This document shows, one piece after another, positions 1-11,157 of a stretch of 64,000 bases of DNA (positions are counted from its first letter, which is position 1; each line of letters starts with the position of its first letter). Made by a program: the position numbers and the translations under genes. The DNA is from Nitrospirota bacterium (GTDB taxonomy: Bacteria > Nitrospirota > Nitrospiria > Nitrospirales > NS-4), in the NCBI GenBank assembly GCA_963788195.1, contig CAWBGA010000002.1:256001-320000 (forward strand). The letters are read 5' to 3'. The notes beneath the pieces were generated by a model. It was not told the DNA's origin. It saw only the letters and a list, made by a program, of their open reading frames with translations, and did not search any database.

Positions 1-1452
1 CCGTCCAGTAACCCCCTTATCTCGTTCATCAGGCTCGACCTGGCCGATGTGTACGTTATCCAAGGTCGCTATGAACAGGCGGCCAAAATACTGCGACTCG
101 TGCGCCAATATCCTCCCGACCCCGACAGCCTGGGCCAAGCGACGGTCGGCTTAGGCGACATGGCGCACGTTCAAGGTCAGTATCGACAGGCCAAGGAACT
201 GTATGAATTGGGCAGAGCTTCAGTGGCCGGAGGTGCTGCACAGCCGCCCGGTCAGTCTTTTCGGCATGGGGGACACCTATCTTCGATTAGGAGATTGGCC
301 ACGGGCGCTGCATCTGTTGAATACCGGTTATGCCCTCCATCCGCGAGCTCCGATCGCCCCGATGATGTTGGTGCGCATGGCGGACGGTCTGAAGTTGCAT
401 GGCCGGACTCAGCAGGCGCAGGCCATGTACCAGACGGTGGTAGAGCGTCACCCCGGGACCGAAGGGGAATTGTCAGCGCTGCTTGGCTTGGGGAGACTCG
501 CTGAGACCGAGGCCATTGCCGGAGCCCCGGAAGCCGAGGTGCGCAACATCTTTGGCGTCATCGTAAAGCGCTGGAATACAAATATGGCCGCGTCGGAGGC
601 GCTTTTGCACATCGCGCAAAGTTACCAGCGAACAGGATCGCTCGAAGAGGCAGCGGCAACCTATGATCAATTGCTGCAACGAGGGGATAGTGGCCCGTGG
701 CGGGTGCAAGGTCGTCAGGGACTGGAGACGATGCTGCGGGGTCTAAGCGCGGCAGGGGACGTTGTGCAGGTGTCGAATCTTTATCTTCGCCATAAGGCGC
801 TCTTAACCAAACCGACCGTGAACGGCCCCACTGGCTTGCTCATTGCGGGCGCGCTCACTCGCCTCGGCCTGGTTGATTCAGCCATTGCCCTGACACAGGC
901 TGCCCTCTCGGCCGGGGTGCCCGAGGCGCAACGCGAGTACGGGATGTTCGCACTCGCCGAAGCCTATCGCAGGAAAGGGGATGTCCTGCATCAGGAGCAG
1001 AGCTGGAAAGCGTACCTGCGGAAGTATCCTCGAGGTACCTGGGCAGAAGAGGCACGCGAAGGCGTGGTCATGGCTCTGGGCCGGGCGGGAAAACAAAAGG
1101 AAGCCCAAACAACCTGTGAGACCTATTTTCCGGGAGGCAACGACAAATCCACGCGAGGTCGCAAAAGGCCCCGGCACACAGGCACTGGCGCAGCTGTGTG
1201 CGGATCGTTTTACCCAAGCGGGGCTGCTGCAGTCCGCTCAAGCATCTCTACAGAGAGATTTTAAACAATGAGCCTGCTCCCGAAGAGGCGCTATGGGCGA
1301 ATTATCAGATTGCCCGCGCTTCCCATGCGACTAACCACTCGGCCGAGGCCAGGGGCTTATTCGAGCAAGTGTCGAGGACGGACAAGGACACCCTCCTTGC
1401 CCTGGCAGCCTCCGCCCAGTTGGCGCAGCTCACGGCCTCGGAGAAACGCTAG
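1..1452 (+). CDS. Tetratricopeptide-repeat protein, 5' truncated, split by about 2 frameshifts
   Basis: ORFs 49..504, 203..1264 and 1198..1452 each carry TPR-like helices (ALLHIAQSYQRTGSLEEAAATYDQLL; ANYQIARASHATNHSAEARGLFEQV); stop TAG overlaps the next GTG. Confidence 0.75.
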
Positions 1453-2657
1453 TGGAGCAAATGAAGACGGAGGAAACCGCGCTGCTGAAACAGGCCTTCG
1501 CCTCGTTTGATGAGGCAGCGCTTACGTTGGAGCGTTCCTATCAGGTATTGAGCATTCGGGTGCAAGAACTGAATGTTGAGCTCGAGCAGTCGAATCAGGC
1601 GCTGCGAGTGAGTCTGTCGAGCAACGAGGAGATCAAAAGCCATCTGCATGCGATTCTTGAAAGTCTGACCAGCGGTGTACTCGTTACTGATTTAGACGCT
1701 CAGATCACGACGGTCAACCCGGCGGCAGAGGAAATGTTGGAGATGAACCGCAAGGAACTGATCGGCCAGTCCTTGTCCGAATTATTGAGGGATTGGGGAT
1801 ACCCCGGCCCGCTGGCCGGAGAGGTCGTTAGAAAATCGCGCAGGCTCACCGTAGCGCTCACAGACCTGCGCGGAGAGCATGGATGGCCCATCGGCCGCGT
1901 TGCGCAGTTCCATGACGTCACAGAGCTCAAACGCATGGAAGAGCAACTCCAGCGGCAACAGAGGCTGGCCGCAATGGGAGAAATGGCCGCCCGCCTGGCC
2001 CATGAGATCCGGAGTCCGCTCGGGAGCATTGAGCTGTTCGGATCACTCCTTCGGCAAGAATTGGCCGATGATCCGGTGCGTCGACAATTAGCGGAGCACA
2101 TCTGCACCGCGGTTCGCGCGACAGACCACCTCATCGGTAATACGCTGTCATTCGTAAGCCCCAGGCGGCCGCGGTGCAAGCAGGTGAACCTTCGCCGAGT
2201 GATCGAAGAAGCGATACTGCTGGCGACTCCGATGATCGATAGCCATGCCGTGTGTGTCAGCAGTGAATTGGATAAGTCGGCCTCCACCATTTGGGGCGAT
2301 GAAGATATGTTGCGTCAGGTGGTCCTTAATCTGGTGCTGAATGCCGTCCAGGCAATGCCCGGCGGCGGGAAATTGAGTCTCACAGCTCTTGAGATCGATG
2401 CCGGCCATACGGCGCTCCGGATTACCGATACAGGGCGAGGCATTCCCCGTGAGGATCTCACGCGGCTGTTCGACCCTTTCTTTACCACGCGGCACGATGG
2501 CACGGGCTTGGGCCTGGCCATCTCGCATAACATCATGCTGGCACATGGAGGCTCAATCGACGTTGAGAGTGAAGTCGGAACGGGCAGCGCCTTTACGCTG
2601 ATTTTTTCCAAACAGAAGGGAGCCGAAGCGCTTCATGGCACAGCAGCCACAATCTGA
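1452..2657 (+). CDS. PAS-domain sensor histidine kinase (FlgS/FleS-like)
   Basis: Coiled coil, PAS, H-box LAHEIRSPL, N-box NLVLNAVQAM, DTGRG, FDPFFTT, GTGLGL; coupled to a sigma54 activator upstream of flgB. Confidence 0.9.
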   Translation: MEQMKTEETALLKQAFASFDEAALTLERSYQVLSIRVQELNVELEQSNQALRVSLSSNEEIKSHLHAILESLTSGVLVTDLDAQITTVNPAAEEMLEMNRKELIGQSLSELLRDWGYPGPLAGEVVRKSRRLTVALTDLRGEHGWPIGRVAQFHDVTELKRMEEQLQRQQRLAAMGEMAARLAHEIRSPLGSIELFGSLLRQELADDPVRRQLAEHICTAVRATDHLIGNTLSFVSPRRPRCKQVNLRRVIEEAILLATPMIDSHAVCVSSELDKSASTIWGDEDMLRQVVLNLVLNAVQAMPGGGKLSLTALEIDAGHTALRITDTGRGIPREDLTRLFDPFFTTRHDGTGLGLAISHNIMLAHGGSIDVESEVGTGSAFTLIFSKQKGAEALHGTAATI

Positions 2658-4153
2658 TTCGAGGCGAATTCTCGTCGTGGACGATGAGCCAAGTATCCGC
2701 ACCGCCCTCTGCGAGGTGTTAAAGCGGACCGGCCACCCCGTGATCGTGGCACGGGACGGTCAGGAAGCCCTCGGCCTGCTCGAGGAGCAGGCCGTATGGC
2801 TCGTGGTCACCGATCTGCGAATGCCGCGCCTCGGAGGGTTGGACTTGCTGCGTGAGGTCAAGACGTCTCTACCCGGGTACTCTCGTCGTACTGATCACGG
2901 GCTACGCGACACTCGAATCCGCCATCGATGCGATTCGGGCGGGCGCCTCGGATTATCTGCTGAAGCCGTTTGACAGCGAGGCGGTGGGGGCCCTGATCCG
3001 TCGCCTTGAAGAATCCGAGGCCCAGGAAGGGCAGGCGACCCTGCCGCTCACGGCAAGCGGCCCTGCTGCGCCTCCATTGCTGGGTACCCTGGAAGGCCAT
3101 ACGTCAACGGTCTTGGGCCGGCGTGCGGGGCAACTGATTGCTCACGATCCTGGGATGTTGCGGATTCTTCACACCCTCGAAGGAGTCGCGATCAGCCAGG
3201 CCACAATCCTGATTCAAGGCGAAAGCGGAACCGGCAAAGAAGTGCTGGCCCGGTATGTCCATGGGCGAAGTCCCCGAGCCCATCGGCCGTTTGTCGCCGT
3301 GAACTGTGCGGCGTTGCCGGACGGCCTCTTGGAGAGCGAGTTGTTCGGCTACGAGCGGGGGGCGTTCACCGGTGCGGTCGCCCGGCGTCCCGGAAAGTTT
3401 GAGCAGGCGCACGGCGGCACCTTGCTTCTTGACGAGGTGTCGGAGATGAATCTCGCCTTGCAAGCGAAGCTGCTACGGGTGATTCAGGAGCGCGAAGTAG
3501 ATCGTCTCGGCGGAAAGGGCGCCATCCCCGTCGACATCCGGATCATTGCCACGACCAACCGGTCGCTGCGTGGTGAAGTCGAAGCAGGGCGATTCCGAGA
3601 GGACCTGTATTATCGTTTGCATGTGTTTCCGATCACGGTGCCCCCGCTGCGCGAGCGGCTGCTGGATATCCCCGGGCTGGTAGCGCACTTTGTGCAGGCC
3701 TCGTCTGTCCGCAATCAAAAAGCGGTAACGGGCGTGACGCCAGAGACCGAGCAGTTACTCCTGCAACGCGCCTGGAAGGGAAATGTGCGTGAGCTGGAAA
3801 ACGTGATTGAACGTGCCGTGCTTCTCGCGGATGGTCCGCTGCTGCTCCCGGAGCACATTGCACCTGACGCCCGGGAGATTCCGCAGGCGACAACTCCCGT
3901 TGCTCGTTCGGTGGTGGATACGGGCCGCAGCGCTCCGCCGGTGTCTATCTGGGAGATGGAGCGAGACCTGATTACGCGCACACTCGAGCGGGTGAATGGT
4001 AATAGGACACACGCGGCCAAACTGCTGGACATCAGCATCAGGACCCTGCGGAACAAGCTCAGAGAGTATAGGCAGCTCGATACCGGCTCGGCAAATTCGG
4101 CCGGGGACGGCGACGCCAGTCCTACGGCCGTTTCCGGGAGAGGGCTGTTATGA
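2635..4153 (+). CDS. Sigma54-dependent response regulator (FlgR/FleR-like), frameshift near 2860
   Basis: REC (ILVVDDE...VTDLRMP) in ORF 2635 continues in ORF 2852: GESGTGKE, GAFTGA, LLLDEV, C-terminal Fis-type HTH. Confidence 0.92.
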
Positions 4154-4211
4154 TCAATAGTTTCAGTGGCTTAGGTAGTAAATGCTACGTGTTAAACCGA
4201 TGTCGCTTTGA

Positions 4212-4226
4212 TGGTACGGAGATTGC
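4212..4226 (+). promoter_or_regulatory. Sigma54 -24/-12 promoter for the flgB operon
   Basis: TGGTAC-GGAGA-TTGC, GG-N10-GC spacing, 45 bp upstream of flgB. Confidence 0.8.
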
Positions 4227-4271
4227 GTCAGGGCGTATAGGCGGTTTAGCGCCGGAAAGGATGCCACCCCC

Positions 4272-4703
4272 ATGTCTGAGCTGATTCCAACGACGCCGAC
4301 GATGAAGATGTTGGAGCGGAGTCTGGATCTCATAGCGCAGCGCCATCAGGTGCTCTTAGCGAATATCGCGAACGAGGAGACGCCGCGCTTCAAGGCCAAG
4401 GATCTGGAGTTTCAAGCTGTTCTGAACACTATGACCCGCCCCGGCTTAAACGGGGTGCCCATGGCGATGAGTGATGCGGCTCCTCATCCCCGTCATTTTC
4501 CGCTGCCGGGCCAGCCGGATGGGATCAATCCTCCCGTGATGAAAGACTCCCCCACGAAGTCGCCCGGGTTGGACGGAAATACGGTGTCCATGGAAAAGAC
4601 GATGGCGGCCTTGCATGACAACAGTACCCTCTACAGCGCCGCGACCCAGATTCTCACTCGGAAGTATCAAGGGTTGCTCGGTGCGATCAGGGACTCCCGA
4701 TAA
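4272..4703 (+). CDS. flgB: Flagellar basal-body rod protein FlgB
   Basis: RHQVLLANIANEETPRFKAKD and DGNTVSMEKTM motifs; operon position. Confidence 0.93.
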   Translation: MSELIPTTPTMKMLERSLDLIAQRHQVLLANIANEETPRFKAKDLEFQAVLNTMTRPGLNGVPMAMSDAAPHPRHFPLPGQPDGINPPVMKDSPTKSPGLDGNTVSMEKTMAALHDNSTLYSAATQILTRKYQGLLGAIRDSR

Positions 4704-4757
4704 TGTCGAGCAACCTATCATTTGATTGTTGTACACGGGAACGAAAGGCGGTCTCTC

Positions 4758-5198
4758 ATGGAACTCGATAAAGCAATGGCCATCTCCGCGTCCGGACTCG
4801 AGGTCCAGCGGCAACGTATGAATGTCATTGCCAGCAATCTGGCCAATGTAAACTCGACCAAGACGGCGAACGGGGCTCCCTATCGGCGCCGGGATGTGTT
4901 GGTCCGTGCCGATCGCACCGTCACGCAGCCATTCGGCGCCTTGATGAACCGCTCAGGCTTGCCCGACGCGCCGGGCGTCAAAGCCGTAAAAATCATCGAA
5001 GATCAACGGCCGCCTCGACAGACGTATGAGCCGCTGCATCCGGACGCGAACGTTGAGGGTTTTGTAATGATGCCGGACATCAATACGATCGAGGAGATGG
5101 TGAATCTTATCGGCGCCTCACGGGCGTACGAGGCAAATGTCACAGCGATGGGCGTGACAAAAGGCATGACGCAACGGGCTCTGGATATCGGAAGGTAA
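4758..5198 (+). CDS. flgC: Flagellar basal-body rod protein FlgC
   Basis: ISASGL..QRQRMNVIASNLAN, PYRRR, HPDA, EEMVNLIGASRAYEAN; start set to ATG 4758. Confidence 0.95.
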   Translation: MELDKAMAISASGLEVQRQRMNVIASNLANVNSTKTANGAPYRRRDVLVRADRTVTQPFGALMNRSGLPDAPGVKAVKIIEDQRPPRQTYEPLHPDANVEGFVMMPDINTIEEMVNLIGASRAYEANVTAMGVTKGMTQRALDIGR

Positions 5199-5202
5199 CT
5201 TT

Positions 5203-5514
5203 ATGGCTGATATACGCATCATTCCACCTATGGCCGGGGCTACAGGGGAGTTCCCTTCAGTGACCGCCAACGCACTCCCAACAGCCGCATCCGGCGACTC
5301 CTTTGTCGCGAGCTTGAAAGACGCATTAGCGAAAATCAATGAAGCTCAAAGTCAAGCGGACGTCTCGGTCCAGTCGCTCATGACCGGGCAGTCGACCAAC
5401 CTCCACGAGACGATGATTGCGTTGCAAAAGGCTGACGTCTCATTCCAGCTCATGCTCCAGGTCCGCAATAAGATTGTCGGGGCGTATGAAGAAATCATGC
5501 GGATGCAGCTCTAA
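5203..5514 (+). CDS. fliE: Hook-basal body protein FliE
   Basis: LHETMIALQKADVSFQLMLQVRNKIVGAYEEIMRMQ. Confidence 0.95.
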   Translation: MADIRIIPPMAGATGEFPSVTANALPTAASGDSFVASLKDALAKINEAQSQADVSVQSLMTGQSTNLHETMIALQKADVSFQLMLQVRNKIVGAYEEIMRMQL

Positions 5515-5571
5515 CCACGCTGATTGCAAGGCTTCACTGGTTCAAGCTGACAGGTAAGGACGGAGTGGCTC

Positions 5572-7134
5572 ATGTTTGAACGAGTGTGGAACGGATTTCT
5601 CGAACTTCCTCCGGCGCGCCAGCTTCTTCTCGTGCTGATCATGAGCGGCGCCATCGCCGCACTCGTGGCCGGCTACATGTGGAGCCAAGAACCGGATATG
5701 CAGGTTCTGTTTTCGCACCTCGCTGCGGAGGATGCCGGCGCGATCGTCATAAAACTCAAGGAACAGAAGATTCCCTACACCCTGGAAGGTAACGGCACGA
5801 CGATTATGGTGCCGAGCGACAGGGTCCATGAACTGCGTATGCACTTGGCGAGCCAAAGCCTGCCTCAAGGCGGAGGCGTTGGCTTTGAGATCTTCGACCG
5901 GACCTCAGTCGGTATGACGGATTTTGTACAGAAGCTGAACTACCGGCGGGCGCTTCAGGGTGAACTGGCCCGGACCATCGGGCAGCTTGCGGAAGTCGAG
6001 CGCGCACGAGTGCACCTGGTTGTCCCCGAGCGCAGCCTTTTTGCGGATCAGCGCGAGCGATCGCGCGCATCCGTCGTGCTCACCCTTCGCGGCGGGAAAT
6101 CTCTCGCGCCGGGGCAGATACAAGGCATTGCTCATCTCGTTGCGAGTAGCGTGGAAGGCCTTCAGCCGCAAGAGGTGACGGTCGTCGATTCCCATGGTCA
6201 GATTCTGTCGCAACCGGCCGGTGACCCCTCTTCTCAACAGACCGGCGCGTACGCCGATGCCAAACAGGCGGTCGAGAAGGACCTTGAAGGCCGCGTGCAA
6301 AGCATGCTGGAACGCGTTGTCGGCCGAGGCAAGGCGGTCGTGCGGGTATCGAGCGTGCTGGACCTTCGGAAAGTCGAGCGCACCGAGGAGACCTTTGACC
6401 CGAATGTCCAAGTCGTCCGCAGCGAAAATCGCTCCCAGGAGAAGACCTCCGGGAAGGAAGAAGCCGAAGGCGGCATCGCCGGCACGACATCAAACTTGCC
6501 TGACAAAAAGACAGCTACAACCGCGGGGGGCAGCTCGAATTCTGCGGCGCGGAGCACTGCCACCATTAATTACGAAATCAACAAGTCTACCAGCCGGATC
6601 ATTGAACCTGTCGGCACGCTGAAACGACTCTCCGCAGCGGTATTAGTGGACGGCACTTATGAAGTGACCGCAGCCAAAGACGGCAAGTCCAGCCGCAAGT
6701 ATATTGCTCGCGCGGACGAGGAGATGAAGAAGCTGGACGACTTAGTGAAGAAGGCCGTCGGCTACTCCGAAGAGCGTGGCGACCAGGTGCAGGTTCTCAA
6801 CGTCGCCTTCGATGCATCGGCAGCGGACGATGGGCAGGGCAGCGAATCCGCCGCGTCAAACCCGATGATCGGACAGTATATTCGCTACGGTATGTTCGGA
6901 TTGTTGGCGCTGCTGATCGTGATGTTCGTGGTGCGGCCGATGATACGGCTCCTGACGGCCCCGACCACAGTCGGTCCCAACGCCGGATTTCCCCCGGGGA
7001 CCCTGCCGGCCACGGTCGGCCAACTGGAGGGCTCGTTCGGCGGCGCCTCGCCGCAAGGGGCTGTGTTGGAGATGGCCCGTGCGAACCCGCAGGCAACAGC
7101 GGTCGTTGTGAAAAAATGGCTGAAGGAAAAGTAG
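5572..7134 (+). CDS. fliF: MS-ring protein FliF
   Basis: GFEIFD, RRALQGELARTI, ARVHLV, two TM segments. Confidence 0.96.
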   Translation: MFERVWNGFLELPPARQLLLVLIMSGAIAALVAGYMWSQEPDMQVLFSHLAAEDAGAIVIKLKEQKIPYTLEGNGTTIMVPSDRVHELRMHLASQSLPQGGGVGFEIFDRTSVGMTDFVQKLNYRRALQGELARTIGQLAEVERARVHLVVPERSLFADQRERSRASVVLTLRGGKSLAPGQIQGIAHLVASSVEGLQPQEVTVVDSHGQILSQPAGDPSSQQTGAYADAKQAVEKDLEGRVQSMLERVVGRGKAVVRVSSVLDLRKVERTEETFDPNVQVVRSENRSQEKTSGKEEAEGGIAGTTSNLPDKKTATTAGGSSNSAARSTATINYEINKSTSRIIEPVGTLKRLSAAVLVDGTYEVTAAKDGKSSRKYIARADEEMKKLDDLVKKAVGYSEERGDQVQVLNVAFDASAADDGQGSESAASNPMIGQYIRYGMFGLLALLIVMFVVRPMIRLLTAPTTVGPNAGFPPGTLPATVGQLEGSFGGASPQGAVLEMARANPQATAVVVKKWLKEK

Positions 7135-7141
7135 AGTCCCC

Positions 7142-8143
7142 GTGACGAAGAAGCTAAGCGGCGAAGAAAAGGCGGCGGTCCTCCTGCTCACCATGGGTGA
7201 GAACGCCGCATCTGAAGTCATGAAGCATCTGGAACCCAAGGATATCCGCCGCCTGGGGGGGCCGATGGCGACAGTGGCGGATTTGACCCCGGACGTTCGG
7301 AACGAGGTGTTGCAGGAGTTTCGGACCTTGTCAGTCGGCGCTGCGCCGCCCGGTGCCGACAGCAAAGACTACATGAAGAAGATTTTGACGAAGGCTCTGG
7401 GGCCGCAGAAAGCGACCCAGTTGTTGTCGACGATTTCCTCACAGGAGTATGCGGGGCTTGATTCGCTGAAGTGGCTCGATACCAAGGCCATCGAGCGAAT
7501 GGTCTCTGCCGAGCATCCACAAACGGCGGCGGTCATTCTGGCCCACCTTGAGGCCGATCAGGCCAGCCAGGTGATGTTGCTTCTTTCAGAACAGGCACGC
7601 GTGGATATCGCCTATCGATTGGCGACGATGGAAGAGATACAGCCGGATGTGCTCCGGGAACTGAGCGAGGTGCTCGAGTTGGAGCTAAAGGTCGGGGTCA
7701 AGACGCAAGGGCAGCAATTGGGCGGCGTGAAATTTCTGGCCGACCTGATGAATGGCCTGGACAAGACGTCCGGGCAAACCCTCACTGCCAGCCTGACCGA
7801 GCGTAACCCGGTACTCGCAGATTCTGTCCGGCAATTGATGTTCGTATTCGATGACCTATCGGGAGTAGACGATCGCGGCTTGCAAGAATTGCTCAAGGAG
7901 ATCGCCAAGGAAGATTTGATTCTGGCCTTACGAGCCGCCAGCGAGTCGGTGAAAGAGGCGATCTTTCGCAACATGTCCTCCCGCGCTGCGGAGTTGCTGA
8001 GGGACGATATGGAAGTGAGCGGTCCCGTGAAGCTCAGTGATGTCGAAAAGGCGCAGCGCAACATTCTGCAAGTCGCGAGGAAGCTGGAGGAAGAAGGCCG
8101 GATCATACTAGGAGGCAAAGGTGGACAAGAGATGCTGGTCTAA
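7142..8143 (+). CDS. fliG: Motor switch protein FliG
   Basis: KAAVLLL, EHPQT, MFVFDDL, NMSSRAA, GPVKLSDVEKAQ. Confidence 0.96.
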   Translation: MTKKLSGEEKAAVLLLTMGENAASEVMKHLEPKDIRRLGGPMATVADLTPDVRNEVLQEFRTLSVGAAPPGADSKDYMKKILTKALGPQKATQLLSTISSQEYAGLDSLKWLDTKAIERMVSAEHPQTAAVILAHLEADQASQVMLLLSEQARVDIAYRLATMEEIQPDVLRELSEVLELELKVGVKTQGQQLGGVKFLADLMNGLDKTSGQTLTASLTERNPVLADSVRQLMFVFDDLSGVDDRGLQELLKEIAKEDLILALRAASESVKEAIFRNMSSRAAELLRDDMEVSGPVKLSDVEKAQRNILQVARKLEEEGRIILGGKGGQEMLV

Positions 8144-8747
8144 CGTGCTGAAGGCAGGTGCGGCCTGGCCGATGGTTAAGAGGCGCCCTCTGATTCCGCT
8201 TTCAGCCGGTAATAGATCGACTGCCGATGCGCCCTACAGGATGGGATTGCCATCGGAACAGACCGCAGCCGCCCGCTTGGACGCCGAGCGGGCCGCTTTG
8301 GCGGCGGAACGGAGCCGCTTGGAGGAGGCGTCCTTGTTTCTGGAGACCTGCGCCCAGTGTATCACCGATGCCCGCGAGGCCGTCCTTACGGGCGTCGAGC
8401 AGCAACTCGTGGACCTTGTGATGCAGATTGCGACGCAAGTGATCCACGACGAAGTGACGCAGCGGCCCGAGCTCATCACCTTTCAGGTGCAGACGGCGAT
8501 ATTACGCGTCAAGGAAGACGGGATGATGACCGTCCGTGTCCATCCGTTAATGCTCGAAACTCTGCGTGAAGCAAGCTCTCACATTTTGGTGACGCTCGGA
8601 CCTGCGGCCCGACTGCATTTTGAGCCGGATCCGTCGATCGCGCCCGGCGGCTGCATAGTCGAGACCACCCAACAGATCGTGGATGCCCGCATCTCGAGCC
8701 AACTCGCCCGAATCAGCACCGCGCTCAAGCCCGACCGCCCCGCATGA
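8121..8747 (+). CDS. fliH: Flagellar assembly protein FliH
   Basis: C-terminal VRVHP...DPSIAPGGCIVET...VDARISSQL; between fliG and fliI; start uncertain. Confidence 0.85.
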   Translation: MDKRCWSNVLKAGAAWPMVKRRPLIPLSAGNRSTADAPYRMGLPSEQTAAARLDAERAALAAERSRLEEASLFLETCAQCITDAREAVLTGVEQQLVDLVMQIATQVIHDEVTQRPELITFQVQTAILRVKEDGMMTVRVHPLMLETLREASSHILVTLGPAARLHFEPDPSIAPGGCIVETTQQIVDARISSQLARISTALKPDRPA

Positions 8748-10072
8748 AAACAGTTGAGGACGTGCAGGGAATTGAAACAATCGCCGTGTACGGACGCGTC
8801 GCGCAATCCGTGGGCCTGGTGATCGAGGGGTACGGACCGATCTCCTCCATAGGGGAAGTCTGCGAGATACGCTCGGGAGACGATCAGGAGGGCATTTTTG
8901 CCGAAGTCGTGGGATTTCGCGGCGAGCGGGTCCTGTTGATGCCGCTTGGGGACGTGCGCGGAATCGGACCGGGAAGCCGGCTCATTCCGCATGGGAAGCC
9001 GGCTTCAGTTCCGATCGGTGAGGGTCTGTTGGGACGTGTCATAGATGGCCTCGGAGTGCCGCTCGATGGACTCGGTCCCCTGGGGCCGGGCCGGGCGTAC
9101 TCGTTATATGCCGAACCCATGAACCCGTTGAGCCGTGCGCGGATCAATGAACCTCTTGATCTGGGCATTCGCGCGATCAACGGATTGCTGACTTGCGGCC
9201 GTGGCCAGAAGGTCGGCATCTTTGCGGGAAGCGGCGTCGGCAAGAGTGTCGTTTTGGGCATGATGGCGCGCTATACGGAAGCGGATATCAATGTCATTGC
9301 GCTGATCGGCGAGCGAGGCCGAGAGGTCAAAGAATTTCTCGAAAAGGATCTGACGGCCGAAGGGCTCCGTCGCTCCGTGGTAGTGGTCGTCACCTCCGAT
9401 CAGCCGCCGCTTGTCCGTATACGCGGCGCGTATCTCGCAACTGCGATCGGCGAATATTTCCGTGATGCCGGGCTGAGGGTCTTATTGCTGATGGATTCCC
9501 TGACCCGGTTTGCCCAGGCGCAACGGGAAATCGGTCTTGCCATCGGGGAGCCGCCGACGACGAAGGGGTATCCCCCGTCGGTCTTCGCCATGCTCCCGCG
9601 CCTTCTTGAGCGTGTTGGGAGCTGTGTGGGCAGTGGCAGTCTGACGGGCCTATATACCGTACTCGTGGAGGGTGACGACCTGAGTGATCCTATTGCGGAT
9701 GCCGCGAGGTCAATTCTCGACGGCCATATTGTCTTATCACGCGAGCTGGCATCGCAGGGACACTACCCCGCTATTGACGTATTGAGCAGCATCAGCCGCG
9801 TGATGCCGGATATTGTGACACCCCAGCACGTCACTTACGCACGGCACCTTGTCGAGTTACTCGCCGCGTACAAACGCGCCGAGGATCTGATCCACCTGGG
9901 CGCCTACAAAGCGGGCACGTCCTCGCGGATCGATCTTGCGATTCGGATGCACGATCCCATTAGGGAATTCCTTCGTCAGGACATGAACGAGCGGGTATCT
10001 TTCGCCGAGAGCCTCGAGGCCTTGGGCCGTTTGGTGCAAACGCCGGCTGAGGGCATGGGAGAATCAGCATGA
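8744..10072 (+). CDS. fliI: Flagellar export ATPase FliI
   Basis: AGSGVGKS Walker A, LIGERGRE, DSLTRFA, GEPPTTKGYPPS. Confidence 0.97.
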   Translation: MKTVEDVQGIETIAVYGRVAQSVGLVIEGYGPISSIGEVCEIRSGDDQEGIFAEVVGFRGERVLLMPLGDVRGIGPGSRLIPHGKPASVPIGEGLLGRVIDGLGVPLDGLGPLGPGRAYSLYAEPMNPLSRARINEPLDLGIRAINGLLTCGRGQKVGIFAGSGVGKSVVLGMMARYTEADINVIALIGERGREVKEFLEKDLTAEGLRRSVVVVVTSDQPPLVRIRGAYLATAIGEYFRDAGLRVLLLMDSLTRFAQAQREIGLAIGEPPTTKGYPPSVFAMLPRLLERVGSCVGSGSLTGLYTVLVEGDDLSDPIADAARSILDGHIVLSRELASQGHYPAIDVLSSISRVMPDIVTPQHVTYARHLVELLAAYKRAEDLIHLGAYKAGTSSRIDLAIRMHDPIREFLRQDMNERVSFAESLEALGRLVQTPAEGMGESA

Positions 10073-10602
10073 GTTTGAAACGTATTGTGGAATACCGCAA
10101 ACACGTCGAAGATCTTGCCCGTGGGGAGCTTTTCAGCGTCACGCAGGCCTTTGCGGCTCAACAGAACGCCGTGAGCAGGTTGGAAGAGGACCTGGAGAGG
10201 GTGTTGGAGAAGATCGCCGCGAGCAAGCGCGATACCGTACTGGCTGATGAAGCGCTCAATCTGTACCGTCTGGCCGGCGGGGTGAGTGCCGACCTTGGGA
10301 CTGCGCGGCGCCTGGCGGAAAGCCTGAAGGTGCGGAAACAAGGCAATCAGGAAAGTCTCATTTCTGCGGCGCGAGAATCTCGAATGACAGAGAAGCTAGA
10401 TGCAAAGCGAGATCGTGAAAAGACAGTGGCACTGGATCGAAAAGAGCAGAAGTCGAACGATGAGCTAAGCCTGCACCGATGGCAGGCTCTGGCCGCAACC
10501 GGGCGGCAGGGGAATTTCTTGCCGGAGTCTGACACCAAGCGTTCCGGGTCCGTCCACAAGAAGCGAGGAGGCGGTGGTCAAAAGGAGTCGGGTGGCTCCT
10601 GA
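10069..10602 (+). CDS. fliJ: Flagellar export protein FliJ
   Basis: Coiled coil, SLKRIVEYRKHVEDLA...EQKSNDE; directly after fliI. Confidence 0.8.
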   Translation: MSLKRIVEYRKHVEDLARGELFSVTQAFAAQQNAVSRLEEDLERVLEKIAASKRDTVLADEALNLYRLAGGVSADLGTARRLAESLKVRKQGNQESLISAARESRMTEKLDAKRDREKTVALDRKEQKSNDELSLHRWQALAATGRQGNFLPESDTKRSGSVHKKRGGGGQKESGGS

Positions 10603-11150
10603 TGAACCTGACAATCGCCGTAATCCTTGTACTCCTATTCTCTCTTAATACTCTGGCAGAAGAATTGCCTTTGGAACTCATGGGAACGGCACCGGAGACT
10701 GACCCTGTCAAGACCATGAGTGTGCCGTCGGAGACCTTAATGAAACTAATGGAAGCACGTCAGCAAGATCTGGATCGCCGTGAAGCAGTCGTGCGGCGGG
10801 ACGAAGAACGATTGAAGCTGCTGCGTTTAGACGCGGAGCAATTATTCAAGAAGCAGGAAAAGCCCGGCAAACCAGGCGCTACCGTAGCGAAGCCTGGTTC
10901 AGGTGCCGCGGCACCATCAGCGAACCTGGTGCACCTTAGCCAAGCCTTTGAAACCATGCCGGTCGAAGAGGCGGCCCAGCGGATCGACAAGATGAAGGAG
11001 CCCGTGGCCTTAAATCTCCTCGGCCGCTTGAAGGGCAAGACTGCGGGTGCGATTCTCGCGGCCCTTAGCCCCGGAAAAGCCGCACGGTTAGTCGAGAAAC
11101 TCGCAGCCGAACCCCGAACCGGTTCCGAACCATCATTGGAAAGAAAGTAG
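10602..11150 (+). CDS. MotE/YlxF-like (MgtE N-terminal-like) flagellar protein
   Basis: N-terminal signal or anchor, coiled coil, FETMPVEEAAQRI...AGAILAALSPGKAARL; position between fliJ and fliK. Confidence 0.75.
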   Translation: MNLTIAVILVLLFSLNTLAEELPLELMGTAPETDPVKTMSVPSETLMKLMEARQQDLDRREAVVRRDEERLKLLRLDAEQLFKKQEKPGKPGATVAKPGSGAAAPSANLVHLSQAFETMPVEEAAQRIDKMKEPVALNLLGRLKGKTAGAILAALSPGKAARLVEKLAAEPRTGSEPSLERK

Positions 11151-11157
11151 GCAGAAA